From sequence record PV261925.1: a stretch of 64,000 nucleotides of DNA; one strand, given 5' to 3'. The translations under genes were made by a program, and so were the position numbers. The notes under the pieces were generated by a model that saw only the letters and a list, made by a program, of their open reading frames with translations, made no database searches and had not been told where the DNA came from. Of this stretch, positions 22,101 through 31,815 are shown in pieces (within the stretch, counting starts at the first letter, position 1; each line of letters opens with the position of its first letter).

Positions 22101-25100
22101 TATTCAATATACGCATTTGCACCACCAATTTGACTATCGAGTGCAGTTACCTCAAACAACGAATAGTTATAATCTTCAGAGTTGTAACCTCTACCAGTAG
22201 TATTGAAACCAATTGCAACGTTCTCAACAATTACCTTCTCACCAACTTTAAATGGCCAATCTTTTACTTCACTAAACTGTTTGGAGAAGGTAAGTCTGAC
22301 AATCTTGTTGGTCGAGTTATAAGATACAGAACTTATGCTGAAACCATTTGTATTTTGAGTGGGAATAAATGTTGGTGGAACATTATTCAGTGATTTAGTG
22401 TTTTCGATAATATTGACTTCATTGTCACCAAGTTCATAATCAAGTTCGATATCAGTGATAACTTGATTAGTAAATCCATCAATAACAATAAGATCAGGTG
22501 CCTGGCTGTAGTTGACACCACCAGATGAAATACCGATTGATTCAAAAGAACCAAGAGGATCTACTCTCAATACCTGTGGTAAATTACCTACAACATTAAG
22601 AGTCTTATCGGATGGATAACCAAAACCAATGTAGTTGAATTTAGTTCCTAGAACACTACCAATGGTGGTAGAGGATGGTTGAATTAGTGCACCTGTACCA
22701 TTCTTACTCGTAACTGAAGAGAAACCTGGGAGAGACTTATACCCTACGCCTTTGTTGAGTGCATTGATCTTGTTGATTGGCCCATTTGCAGTCAATGATG
22801 AAGTATCATACTTCATAGTTGCATTGGTGGTACCATATGAGACTACAGTGTCGTAGTCAAAAGGAATATTATATTCAAAAGTATCTGATGTAACACCAAC
22901 TACATTATAAATTCCATCAAATTTGTTTTTAGTAAGATTAATACTATTGTTATTGATAACAGTATCATCTTTAAACAATCTCAACTTGACTGGAGGAATA
23001 ATATCCAAATTGTCGGGACTGAATCCGTAGTAGAGATTATTTGGAATGTTATCACTCATAAACAGAGTGAGATTTGCAGTAGTATCTACACCAACCACAC
23101 CAGACTTTGTAACCTCAAAGTTTCTATCAGTTCTTGTTGTCCAGAACTCATTGACTTCTTGTGAGTCACTATAGATGAACATATCAAATGCAGAATAAGT
23201 AATACCCTTATCAACAAATGAAAGTGATGTATCAGATAAATCAAACTTGATGTATTGATTCTTTTGTGCCCTTACTCCAGGGTTGATTTTGGAAAGGGTT
23301 CCCGTGGTGGCAGAACCAACATTTACAAAAGTAGGATTCTCACTCGATAGTTCTGAGAGATATTCGACCAGTTTAATCTTATTATTCATATAAGAATAAA
23401 CATAATACATTCCAGAGGCGGTCAAATTCTCTGATGGATCACCAGAGGTATAGATGACTTTATCACCAGTAAAATACTTGTTCTCAGGAACGTGGAATGA
23501 ATTGTTGTTGGTATTGATACCAGTTGGTTGAATAGTGTCAGGATCAAATACGATTCTTCTATTGAAGTCATCATACTTGACTTGAATGGTGGTAGTGGTT
23601 GTTGGATTGACATCAACAGTAATGATGTCACCTCTCTTCATACCATGTGTTTGTGCAGTAGATACCGTGACAACGTTTTGTGAAACTCTACCTTTGATTA
23701 CAGATGTAATGTTAGTATTGAAACTATGATAACTTCCAAGACCTACAGCAGATTCGAAGTACAACAATCCACCTTTCTCAGAGTTAATACCAACATATTG
23801 ACCAACAGAGTTAACACCAACTCTTTGAGTTGCTATACCAATAATATCTTTGGACAATGGAATCGCAAAAATATTTCTGGTCTCATCAAGATTAAATATA
23901 GGTGTACTTGTAATACCACTCCAACACGCAATAGATGTTCCACCATTGGTGTAATAGATCATTGGAGTGTTCAATGACAACTTATGATCTGGGAGATAGA
24001 TCTGTCGTTGATCAACTCTGACCTGTGTTAAACCAACACCTGGATTTGAGAATGTAATTGTAGTCGCAGTACCTACAGTTGATGTACCTACACCAACTGC
24101 CTCGTTTGGAGTAAAGTATAACTGTTTATTAATTGTAAGATTTCTCTGAGTATTGATACCTGTTGAGAGGAATCTGAGTTTTCTAGGATCATCTCTAACA
24201 ATAGTACCTGCAGAGTGGGCAACTGCAAGTGTTCCATCAACACCTCTAAGAACTCTGACTCTACCAGATTTTTCATCAATGTTGAGAACTTTTAATTTTT
24301 CTCTTTCAATTCTGAGAATATCATTTGCTCTAATCGAATCCTCACCGAAAGGACCATTCATATAAACGTAGGTCACAATACCAGTGACAGTATCAGTTCC
24401 TATTCCTAGTGATACATACCATCTTTCACTTGATACACCGACCGAATACGACCCAGCGAATCCTTTGTAGTATGAAGATAACCCATCAATGAAAATTGTA
24501 TCTAATGGTAAGAAGTTGTGTGGAGCTGAAGTAATACCAACAAACCCATTAGCACTTCCTGTACTTGTAAACTCCACATTTTCATAAGATGTAGTGGCAA
24601 GACTTACACTGTTTACATTCTTACCCTTAAGTTGAGATACTCTAAAGTTTGCATTTCTACCGCCAGTATTAGTTGAATTGAGTTCAACCCTATCACCAAT
24701 CTTGTATCCATCACCTGGATCCAAAATAGCCATACCATCAACACTACCTGATGATGTTGCAGTAATGTCTAAAGACTGATTTCTAAGTTTGTCTGAATTG
24801 TAAATGTAATCATATTGACTATTTCCGCCATTTGTGAAATAGTTCTTAGTATTTCTAAACCACCCATCTCCCACAATATTGTAATGAGTTTGATTAGACG
24901 CTGACTTGAAGTTGAATGGAATTGGTAAGGAATTATAATCGTTTCCAATTACATATGGGAACAATGGTCTTCTGTAGTTATTAAATGGACCAGAAGAATC
25001 TACAGTATCAGAGATAGTACAGAAGTATGCATATACACCGTTTGGATAATCTGGTGTTACACAGAAACGACCATTGTGTTCATCAAGATCACCGTCACCA

Positions 25101-28100
25101 GCATAGATATAGTCATCTACAAAGAATCCGTTAGGGAATGCATTGTATGAAGGTCTATTGACAGGAGTATTCTTGAGTTTGTAACTTGTAACCATTCTAC
25201 GAATGTTACCAGTTCCATCGATATTATCGAAACCGTATGGACCATAGATTGGATTACCATCGTACGCCCAACCTACGATTGGTGAGTGATACAAACTATC
25301 AATTTCTTCTCCACCAACACTTAAAGTTAAGTCAAAAATACCATATTTGATATTGTCCTCCCCAAAACCATTTAATGAGTTTAGTGACTCTCTTAATGGT
25401 CTAGGTGCATAAACTGCTGCATACTGAAGTGACTTGTTTGAAATGTTCTCCTCAATAATGCAGTCATCATCTTTAAAGTTGGAAAAGTTTCTTTCAAATA
25501 GGTTGATATTCCATCCTCTAATATTTGCCTGAGTTTTTGCACCAGATCCAGCAGGTATTACATCAATTGTGGTCTTACCAGTAACATATCCTGCACCACC
25601 TTTTTGAACATAGACACTTTCTATCTCACCATTATTAATGATTGGCACTAAGATTGCAAAATTACCTGTCTCACTTACAATGTTGAGATCAGGTGGTGCA
25701 TTGTAACCAGAACCACCTGAGTTTACAATAACCTCAACAATCTTACCATTGTTGATAATTGGTGTTAGTTTTGCTTTTGAACCAGACTCAAAGGTGATTT
25801 CGGGTTGTCTTCTAAAATCAACAATAGTTGATGCACCATAACCAACACCACCATTGGTCAAGTCAATACTTAAGATCTCTCCTCTAAAGACAGGTTGTAG
25901 TTTTGCTTCATAAAGAAGAATATTACCGATGAATGGATCATCACTAATCAACCAGTTTGCATCAGCACTAACCAAAACATAGTATGGATTTGTGATCTCT
26001 GCTTCAGTATCAGTCCATGCAAGTACTGATACAGGAGTGATAATATTCTCTTCAATTGGTGATTCAATAATATAAAGTTCTTGGAAGTCCTCGACAAAGG
26101 TCTTATCGAACGATGCTGCTGCACCTTCTACTTCAACAGTGATTGGTGGATAGTTAAATGAACCTACGCCCTGTTTTGTGAAGTTAATACAGATTCCTCT
26201 ATCATAATAATAGTCTCTTTCTACAGATCCAGTACCAACTTCTGTCAGTGCAAATGCATCATCATTAATCTTTTTAACAAAATAATCTTTATCTTCACTC
26301 AGACCCTCAACTCTTGGAGTTCCTCTTGTATATCTTACAACTTCTTTCGATTTATAACCGTGATTTAAAATTTCAACTCTATCTGATACTGTATTGATAC
26401 CAGCTGTTGAAATAGTTCTCTTTTTGTTTTCGTAACCTACACCAGGATTAGTAACTACAACACTTGATACAACCTGCTTAAGTTCTTTTGCAACAAGATA
26501 TTGCACACCATCACCATAACCTGCTAAATCAACAGTGTTGATACCTGCAAATACATCTCCTTTTGTGGTATGAAGTTGAATACTCTTTTGGCCAGTTACA
26601 AATACAAAATACTCACCACCAGTATTCAGTCCAACAATACCAGATGTATTTCTTGGTTCATAGATTACACTTTCACCATCTAAGAATTTGTGATCGGTCT
26701 CAAATGTAATCTCATTTGTTGTGAGATTTACATCACTTGGGAAATTGGCGACGAAAGAATTTTCAAGTTTGATTGAAGTCATTCTTGGTTCTGCCTGTGC
26801 ACCAGAACCATTACCACCCTTGATTGTAATCGTTGGTGGTGCATAATAACCCATACCAGGGTCAGTAACATCAAGCTTTACAAGTTGACCTTTTACGTTA
26901 GCAACACCTGTTGCACCAGTTCCTACCTCATCGACAATCTTTACTACTGGTGGATTGATAATATCGTATCCAGTTCCACCACTTGTCATAGTGAAGTCAA
27001 GAATATCACCATAATAAACACTACTGGATGACTTATAGTTTAACAACTCAAGACCATTAACAAAAATACCTGTATATCCTGAAGTTGTTTTCTCTATTCT
27101 CTTTCTATTAGTAGGACTTAGAATCTTTCTGTAGATACCCTGTGGTTGAATCGTTTTACCATAAAAATCAAGGTAACTTAAAGAAGCATTTACTACAGAC
27201 CCATTAAATGTAATATATGATTCTCTTGTAAGGTCTGCATTACTTCTTGCAAGTTTGATTTCACTTTCATTTACTCTGTAGACAAAGTAAGAACCAGTGG
27301 TAACTCCATCAAAACCATTACCTGCAGATTGGAAATATACTGAGTCACCTGTGTAGAAACCGTGATCGGGTAATGATGTTGGGTTAGTTGGTAATGGTAA
27401 AATGTCGGTGCTCAGTAATGATGCAGAGAAAGTTACTTTCTTATCGTAAGTATTTGTCTCAATGTCATTATATTTTGGTAATGAGTTAGATGATATAAGA
27501 ACATCACCATTAAACTTTGCATATGTATTCTGTACATTGGCAACAAAATTCTTGATATAAGAATGACTTGTAGACGAACCCTTGAGTAATTGATTCTCAA
27601 GATAGAATGTACCTGAAAGATTGATCTGTTGTCCGAACCTTACATTAATCTCATTCTCTGATACAATTCTAGTGACTGTTCCGAGGTTTGATACAGTGCC
27701 ATCTTCGTTTTCATATCTGAGTTCATACCCCTCTTGGAAGAAGTGATCATTATAAAGTTTAAAGTTATATACGAATGCATCAGCATCAATTACAGAACTT
27801 TCAGCAATTTTAAATTTTGTTTGGACGTTAAGGACATAGTTATTTGCTTTCTTTCCAGGTGCCTCATATCCAAATGATTTAATCTCAATAGTGTCATTCT
27901 TTTTGAAGTAATATGTTGGATCGTTCTGTACAAAATCCTTCAGGGTAGATGTAAATCTAACCCTGATTTCTTGTGAGGTATCAATACCAACATAGGCATA
28001 TGAGAAAGAATCTAACTTAACGTCAGACTTCTTATTCAATGAATTGGTCAGACCAGATACGTTAAAGAACTGGTTTGTGGTCTTTCCACTATATGCAACA

Positions 28101-29140
28101 CCAATCGCATTACCATCAACATCATTGACGACTAATTTACCATATTCAGGAAAGTCAACGGTTGAATCAACATCAAGAACCGTTGAACCAAAACTTACAG
28201 AGGTAAGGAGTTTTGTAAGGGGGTTAGGTTCAAACTCACCAAAAATAGAACCTGTTACGTCAGTATCTCTTGCAAATCCAGCATCAATACTAATCTGATA
28301 GAATTGATAATCATCATAAGGAATCTGTTGTACATTAGTTACAGATCCTCTTGCATTCGTTCTCTTTTGGAAGATTGTAAGGTTCTGAAGATCTAATGGA
28401 TCACCCTGAAGTTTCTCAACTACAAAGTCTTGAGTTACTCTATAGTTTGCATTAGAGGGAGTCAGAAGGAACTGTGATGGTTTGAGAATCTCTACATCTT
28501 CACCATACAGTGCTCTAAACAAGATTTCAAAGGACTGATCAGTGCCCTTTGAAGAATAAAAACTATCTGAGTTGTAGATAAAGTTTTTGGAGTTTAATCC
28601 ACTATAAAAGTTGCGATCAGCAAAACCAGGAGTAAACTGTCCCTTAATCTTCTTAAAGAACTGTTTGAGGAAAAGAACGTTCAGGTTGACAACTTCTGTT
28701 CCAAGTAAATGAGTATCTGCTTCAGTCTGAGAGAATGTTAATTCATCTGGTGCACCTGTGGTGACATAGGTGGTGATACCACTGAATCCTCTTCTACAGT
28801 TCTGAAACTCAGTGTCAGTCTTTGTTTCGTAGAATATAATTTCATTATCAATCTGAATGATACCGTTAGTCTCAGAGAAACCTTCTGTCGATACTACAGT
28901 AACAAATCTATCATTATAATCTAAAATTTCGGCAAGAGTCGTTGATTCGACAATATCGTATAATTCTTCTACCTTTACATACTGGTCAATATTGTTGATG
29001 ATATCAACAGGACCACTTTGGTATTCTTGTGATACGTAATACTGCTCTAAAAAATCCGATAGGAGAGGAAAGTCTTCTCTAACGTATCTGGGAAGTTGAC
29101 TAGCTACAATTTCCTGGAATTTGACTCTATCTACTGCCAT
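16127..29140 (-). CDS. gp7: Baseplate wedge initiator (T4 gp7-like, giant cyanophage form)
   Basis: 4337 aa between gp6 and gp8; FYSSKGTDQSFEILFRALYG, HSPIVGWAYDGNPIYGPYG...DLDEHNGRF (YHYH-type), YYQNFSYSLKS...HTAGFEKF. Confidence 0.88.
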   Translation of the reverse strand: MAVDRVKFQEIVASQLPRYVREDFPLLSDFLEQYYVSQEYQSGPVDIINNIDQYVKVEELYDIVESTTLAEILDYNDRFVTVVSTEGFSETNGIIQIDNEIIFYETKTDTEFQNCRRGFSGITTYVTTGAPDELTFSQTEADTHLLGTEVVNLNVLFLKQFFKKIKGQFTPGFADRNFYSGLNSKNFIYNSDSFYSSKGTDQSFEILFRALYGEDVEILKPSQFLLTPSNANYRVTQDFVVEKLQGDPLDLQNLTIFQKRTNARGSVTNVQQIPYDDYQFYQISIDAGFARDTDVTGSIFGEFEPNPLTKLLTSVSFGSTVLDVDSTVDFPEYGKLVVNDVDGNAIGVAYSGKTTNQFFNVSGLTNSLNKKSDVKLDSFSYAYVGIDTSQEIRVRFTSTLKDFVQNDPTYYFKKNDTIEIKSFGYEAPGKKANNYVLNVQTKFKIAESSVIDADAFVYNFKLYNDHFFQEGYELRYENEDGTVSNLGTVTRIVSENEINVRFGQQINLSGTFYLENQLLKGSSTSHSYIKNFVANVQNTYAKFNGDVLISSNSLPKYNDIETNTYDKKVTFSASLLSTDILPLPTNPTSLPDHGFYTGDSVYFQSAGNGFDGVTTGSYFVYRVNESEIKLARSNADLTRESYITFNGSVVNASLSYLDFYGKTIQPQGIYRKILSPTNRKRIEKTTSGYTGIFVNGLELLNYKSSSSVYYGDILDFTMTSGGTGYDIINPPVVKIVDEVGTGATGVANVKGQLVKLDVTDPGMGYYAPPTITIKGGNGSGAQAEPRMTSIKLENSFVANFPSDVNLTTNEITFETDHKFLDGESVIYEPRNTSGIVGLNTGGEYFVFVTGQKSIQLHTTKGDVFAGINTVDLAGYGDGVQYLVAKELKQVVSSVVVTNPGVGYENKKRTISTAGINTVSDRVEILNHGYKSKEVVRYTRGTPRVEGLSEDKDYFVKKINDDAFALTEVGTGSVERDYYYDRGICINFTKQGVGSFNYPPITVEVEGAAASFDKTFVEDFQELYIIESPIEENIITPVSVLAWTDTEAEITNPYYVLVSADANWLISDDPFIGNILLYEAKLQPVFRGEILSIDLTNGGVGYGASTIVDFRRQPEITFESGSKAKLTPIINNGKIVEVIVNSGGSGYNAPPDLNIVSETGNFAILVPIINNGEIESVYVQKGGAGYVTGKTTIDVIPAGSGAKTQANIRGWNINLFERNFSNFKDDDCIIEENISNKSLQYAAVYAPRPLRESLNSLNGFGEDNIKYGIFDLTLSVGGEEIDSLYHSPIVGWAYDGNPIYGPYGFDNIDGTGNIRRMVTSYKLKNTPVNRPSYNAFPNGFFVDDYIYAGDGDLDEHNGRFCVTPDYPNGVYAYFCTISDTVDSSGPFNNYRRPLFPYVIGNDYNSLPIPFNFKSASNQTHYNIVGDGWFRNTKNYFTNGGNSQYDYIYNSDKLRNQSLDITATSSGSVDGMAILDPGDGYKIGDRVELNSTNTGGRNANFRVSQLKGKNVNSVSLATTSYENVEFTSTGSANGFVGITSAPHNFLPLDTIFIDGLSSYYKGFAGSYSVGVSSERWYVSLGIGTDTVTGIVTYVYMNGPFGEDSIRANDILRIEREKLKVLNIDEKSGRVRVLRGVDGTLAVAHSAGTIVRDDPRKLRFLSTGINTQRNLTINKQLYFTPNEAVGVGTSTVGTATTITFSNPGVGLTQVRVDQRQIYLPDHKLSLNTPMIYYTNGGTSIACWSGITSTPIFNLDETRNIFAIPLSKDIIGIATQRVGVNSVGQYVGINSEKGGLLYFESAVGLGSYHSFNTNITSVIKGRVSQNVVTVSTAQTHGMKRGDIITVDVNPTTTTTIQVKYDDFNRRIVFDPDTIQPTGINTNNNSFHVPENKYFTGDKVIYTSGDPSENLTASGMYYVYSYMNNKIKLVEYLSELSSENPTFVNVGSATTGTLSKINPGVRAQKNQYIKFDLSDTSLSFVDKGITYSAFDMFIYSDSQEVNEFWTTRTDRNFEVTKSGVVGVDTTANLTLFMSDNIPNNLYYGFSPDNLDIIPPVKLRLFKDDTVINNNSINLTKNKFDGIYNVVGVTSDTFEYNIPFDYDTVVSYGTTNATMKYDTSSLTANGPINKINALNKGVGYKSLPGFSSVTSKNGTGALIQPSSTTIGSVLGTKFNYIGFGYPSDKTLNVVGNLPQVLRVDPLGSFESIGISSGGVNYSQAPDLIVIDGFTNQVITDIELDYELGDNEVNIIENTKSLNNVPPTFIPTQNTNGFSISSVSYNSTNKIVRLTFSKQFSEVKDWPFKVGEKVIVENVAIGFNTTGRGYNSEDYNYSLFEVTALDSQIGGANAYIEYNLTDYLAPGEFPGQVTSSISGSVTPESFFPIFDSKLVTTNFFEGERVTNIGYVGRVERFDATSGYLFVSSEDDFEVGTILESQSSGNKANIISNIDFDSTIRLGVGATFVDGWQTNSGFLNDNLQVIPNNEYYQNFSYSLKSRVPYETWDDAVSSLNHTAGFEKFADLVIDNNAAGIASAVDFQIETVVDLIGEGMLNCFPDFDGATELTLDINGGKTISNEIVFENKILVDYFESRGNRVLKIDDFSGEFNSNPRETKYSIVDFFDNKYAWNKFFTLVQDRELRSRKQFGVVTVLQDGTTGYVNQYGTIDTGKSLGSFDYIGAGTSEWGLTFFPNLFEYNNYDISYFTFSGVESLTSVGSTQVGDIVSIASSSVTVPVSTTTTLVKVPTVSRSAKLHVQLEDAEDNYFYTELNVLHDGTNVQLLQYGDVDSTEGISSGFGTYTANISGGFIDVNIVPTVGTAVTANIISIETNITAVGVNTTEMSVTNLSSYYKSISASGSPVANEIAAYEDPFAGEYFMVTVHDTTNNEYEMFECHVLDSNNQNIVKYGRIGTNSGLGTVGAVTSGTSVSLVFTPNPSIDVAVRTFGIGLKNFNNIVGIASISALQNNILFSDYGTYTGTEFDKKRAFNLKHNTLPIFQRAFLGNDSSIVNLSTNQVTIPDHFFVTGEKVNYSYENSQLSTANAIGIATTTVSGVSTDKLPSELYIIKYSNKSVGFAKSATDALAGSPIALDLTSVGVGTFHKLTATNQNARALVAVDNMIQAPVTEVNVSTRLDQNVVFDVDFDVVGIQSFKANDIIKIDSEIMLLQDVGVGATNKFRVLRGQMGTGVATHNIGTSVELLGGNYNIVDNTLHFVEAPFGATPLSTTTQGPDNIDWSGITTYSTFQGRTFMRSGITDDSVDTYSTNYTFDNIQSQFNGQTKFFSLVQNGNNVTGFATNQAIILNSNILQEPQGAQNTTGDFTLLETAGITSITYLGDSVSSESDPNMATIPRGGTIISVASTPGLGYQPLISAGASCFVSGGGTITSVEIGNPGSGYRVGVQTVNVGYAVSSTGITTVVNIGTATVQNGQVVAITTSYFGANLDQNNPPLIVIDAPLPYSNIPLVYADGQTGMGTGARVDITVGQGSSVVNFDIVSGGFGYGDGEVLRLSIGGTTGIQTDTSYTYDEFQLTVSTTYRDTFNGFTVGELDVFDKLDTLFDGVEKRFPLTIAGAGFAIETADGSDINIAQCLIVTINDILQVPNQSYKFNGGSIIEFTEAPKKGDTSKIIFYKGTPDVDVVLVDILETVKVGDSLQLKNDSSKGQGFGLYQEPRTVVGITTLDTVRTFPYDGPGITTNQALVRPLTWCKQTDDITINGDFVTKDRVEYEPSIYPAAYLTSYVGTSSAVAYTDTVRPFFNSTNETSLLDYQDRIVIIDQSPIASAIATASTGSGVDPEYNNGPIINLVGDGSDLFKREVTVNGVRIVSAGTTGGQIAVPDVWVEKVARMVELFTDVNGAGINETSQRNLIKTLSGDSGTYHAGKPTIQRVARGAGADYTPNFLTDQGIIDWNLTNLFDTTVQNDMVWYLNSTGSGYGDGDQDAQEVIEHVFHTLHMHGLPADTIKLYSYLASDWQTGDLYAAMEEAYDGGFWDSSGYGGNTWKTDADAFEVAAKEYLYLLNFCMFEYTSLWENGSLSPEWSDSMRTQAGIQANNPLGYAFHNTYIAPVISKPSLVTIRSIFQDGNTPAQDDPSLAGASGYVVDNDYGGIITSFTVSNVGAGYSYLTTPSVSVSLPDNPNGTRATGIASVTGDGVVSISVSNAGTGYTQAPSVLIQQPSVRREQIGVSSYFGDLGQIVGYAQSTGALGTLELYIPENSYMRDPNIVGTAVTISQLNTGDYFVVNLSNFGLSTSTSDNIYQVSAAYNSTVDLTSVGLGTTAIRRVEVANVGFGTTVAGFIRGRNLGEYTWGKIQFLNRATTDALEFTPNSYTGITSSPLVQRFRPLKFNNYQT

Positions 29141-29151
29141 TTGTTTTTCTA

Positions 29152-31194
29152 TTAGTAGGATGCTCTGCTAACGATTGCGGTACCAAGTGGTTGTCGGGGA
29201 GTTGTGGTCAGAAGTGCCTGTTCTTGTTCAGGGGTTTCGACAGTAGTAATTGGTGTACCTCTTACTAATGCGTTTGATCCATAACTTGATGAAACAATGT
29301 AGTTTGTTCCTGATACATCATTTCCAGAGGAAATGTTGTCAGCAATAACATCGACTGTTGTATTATTTACATCCAATTGTAGATAGAGATCTTGGAGACC
29401 AATCACATCATTAGAGTATGGAGTTGCCGATACCTCTACCAATGGTGTATTTCTATTTACGATGGTAGAAATGATGTTAATTGGGTTGAGTTTGATTTCT
29501 CCCTTCTTGTAATCAATAGTACCTACGTTCTGTTTTACAATAATTGGTTCAGTAGGTGAATTAAGTTTGAAGAGGAATACCGTACCTTTCTCAAGGTCAC
29601 CTGTGGGTTTATCACCAAGGTAAACCGTACCACTAATACCACTGACAGTGAAACCAGATGATTTGATATTGTAACCAACTAGGTTTCCATCGAAGACTGC
29701 ACTATGACCATGATTCTTCACATGGAAACGATTGCCGAAGCATAATTCGTACTCAGCAAACTTATTAGGAGAAGCAACCATATCTCTTCTCATATTCACA
29801 TTTGTGATGTTAGAAGTTACAGACTGATGGCTACTATCAATAACCTTTTGGAACTTGGAATATTTGAAACGAGCACCAAACTGATTAAGTTCTGATGAAT
29901 CAGCGTAAGCAGTCAAGTTCTGTAATACTACATTCTGAACGAATGATGCATTAGGTGCAAGGTTTGTATTGTAGTATGTCTCACAATCTGCTTCAACATA
30001 CAGATACTTCAGGTCAATGATCTCTGCTCGAATACCAGCAACTGAGTAACTTTTGATTCTCTGTTGAAGGTTTTGTTTGATTCCACTTGATAAGAAGACA
30101 CCATTATATGGTTTGACACTGATGAACACCTTACCAAATTGTGGTGGGCTCAGATCCTCACCACCAAATGCTGATACTGATTCAGCTTCTGGGTAGATCT
30201 GTGGAATTAATGCTTCATAATCAGCAGCAGTGACTGCTCTGTTCTGTGATGCGTAAATCTGCGGTGCATACTTCTTAATCGATTCAACAGATTCAATTGA
30301 TTTACCACCTGTTGATTGTAAGACCGTTTCAATAATCGATACACCAGAACTAATTCCTGCACCGTTATTATCGTTTAGGTTACCAATAAATTGAAAGTTT
30401 GCAATGTTGTTTCCACTAGCTCCATTACTTGTGATATAACTTGCTTCAATATAATTCTTATCTTCAAGTTTGACACCAAAGACACCATCACCAAATAGTA
30501 ATTCATATCTTTCTTGTGAAATCTCTTGAAGGAAATAAGCTCTGGTTGACTTAGTTACATCAAACAGACTTGTAAACAATTCAAACTGTCTTGTTACAGT
30601 TGAACTCTGGGTGTCTCTTACAACGACATTCAAGAGATCAGTATCAATACCTGAGTTAGGAAGAATAAACTTCTGAAGTTTATTACTACCATCTACCGTA
30701 AAAGTTTGTTTAATGTATGTTCCTTCGTAGATATTAATATTTCTAAATGATGCAGTACCAGTTGAATCTACTGGAACAGTAATATCATTTGGAATTGAGA
30801 ATATAAAATTTCGACTCTTATTGACACCAGTTGATCTAGATGTCATGACTGCACCAGCCTTAAGTGTGACTGATACTGCGGTTGTATTACTTACGTCTAC
30901 ATCAAAAGATACTTGGGCGGTTGATGCTTTTCTTGATCTAGGTACATACCCAATATTCCTCGCGAGAGACACCACGTTCTCCCTCAACGTGGCGCTATCG
31001 ATGAATACCTCATTAGATACCATATTGGCATTATATGAGGTGATATACGTATTATATGCTAACGTATCGATGATTGTGCTTAGATTCGATCCTTCAAAGT
31101 CGTAATCAGTGAAGTTTGAGTTCGAACGAAGATAGTCCTTGATAGACTCTTTGATCTGATCAAAATCTAAGTTGCTAAAATTAACTAGAGGCAT
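29152..31194 (-). CDS. gp6: Baseplate wedge subunit (T4 gp6-like)
   Basis: LDFDQIKESIKDYLR...FTDYDFEGSNL...SATLRENVVSLARNIGYVPRS...QNRAVTAADY. Confidence 0.95.
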   Translation of the reverse strand: MPLVNFSNLDFDQIKESIKDYLRSNSNFTDYDFEGSNLSTIIDTLAYNTYITSYNANMVSNEVFIDSATLRENVVSLARNIGYVPRSRKASTAQVSFDVDVSNTTAVSVTLKAGAVMTSRSTGVNKSRNFIFSIPNDITVPVDSTGTASFRNINIYEGTYIKQTFTVDGSNKLQKFILPNSGIDTDLLNVVVRDTQSSTVTRQFELFTSLFDVTKSTRAYFLQEISQERYELLFGDGVFGVKLEDKNYIEASYITSNGASGNNIANFQFIGNLNDNNGAGISSGVSIIETVLQSTGGKSIESVESIKKYAPQIYASQNRAVTAADYEALIPQIYPEAESVSAFGGEDLSPPQFGKVFISVKPYNGVFLSSGIKQNLQQRIKSYSVAGIRAEIIDLKYLYVEADCETYYNTNLAPNASFVQNVVLQNLTAYADSSELNQFGARFKYSKFQKVIDSSHQSVTSNITNVNMRRDMVASPNKFAEYELCFGNRFHVKNHGHSAVFDGNLVGYNIKSSGFTVSGISGTVYLGDKPTGDLEKGTVFLFKLNSPTEPIIVKQNVGTIDYKKGEIKLNPINIISTIVNRNTPLVEVSATPYSNDVIGLQDLYLQLDVNNTTVDVIADNISSGNDVSGTNYIVSSSYGSNALVRGTPITTVETPEQEQALLTTTPRQPLGTAIVSRASY

Positions 31195-31596
31195 TTACCT
31201 AGTGGGTTGTAATGCAAATGATAATTGTTGTGGTGCTACGTCAATACCAATGATGTCATACCGAATGACTACATCGAAGGCATTATTGTCAAAGTTAGGG
31301 TTAACTTCAACTTCTCTCAATCGAACTCTTGGTTCAAAGTTATTAATCGTGTTCTCAATCTCAGATCGAATAGAACTTGCTGTCAAGAAGTCTAAGTTTT
31401 CAAATAATAAGTTGGTGACATTTGATCCAATTGTTGGTTCAAATGGTTTCTCACCAGGAATGGTAAAGACTAAATTACGAATTGAACGAGCAATAGCATT
31501 CTCGTTTCTCAGGATAATCACATCAGAATTGATCGGATTAACCTGAAAAGTAGCACTTACGTCTTTAAAAGCTTTACTTATCCTTTGGACAGGCAC
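31195..31596 (-). CDS. gp25: Baseplate wedge / sheath initiator (T4 gp25-like)
   Basis: AIARSIRNLVFTIPGEKPFEPTIGS...INNFEPRVRL; adjacent to gp6; TAAATA at 31623-31628. Confidence 0.93.
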   Translation of the reverse strand: MPVQRISKAFKDVSATFQVNPINSDVIILRNENAIARSIRNLVFTIPGEKPFEPTIGSNVTNLLFENLDFLTASSIRSEIENTINNFEPRVRLREVEVNPNFDNNAFDVVIRYDIIGIDVAPQQLSFALQPTR

Positions 31597-31646
31597 TTAA
31601 TTAATATACAACAATTCTCAGTTATTTATAGGGGTATCCCGACAAA

Positions 31647-31802
31647 TCACTCAGTTAAAATTTGACTATTATCTTCATTCTCCCAGAAGTCTTTCCAGTC
31701 CACCTCAGATGCTTCATAGAAACCATCTTGACGGACTTTCTTCTGATTCTTTGGTGTCTTCTGATCGTGATTGATCTCTCTCAAAAAGTTCTTGTTGTCC
31801 AT
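31647..31802 (-). CDS. Small hypothetical protein (51 aa, below ORF-track cutoff)
   Basis: Hand translation MDNKNFLREINHDQKTPKNQKKVRQDGFYEASEVDWKDFWENEDNSQILTE; fills the gap in operon orientation. Confidence 0.7.
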   Translation of the reverse strand: MDNKNFLREINHDQKTPKNQKKVRQDGFYEASEVDWKDFWENEDNSQILTE

Positions 31803-31815
31803 ATAAGTCTTTTAC

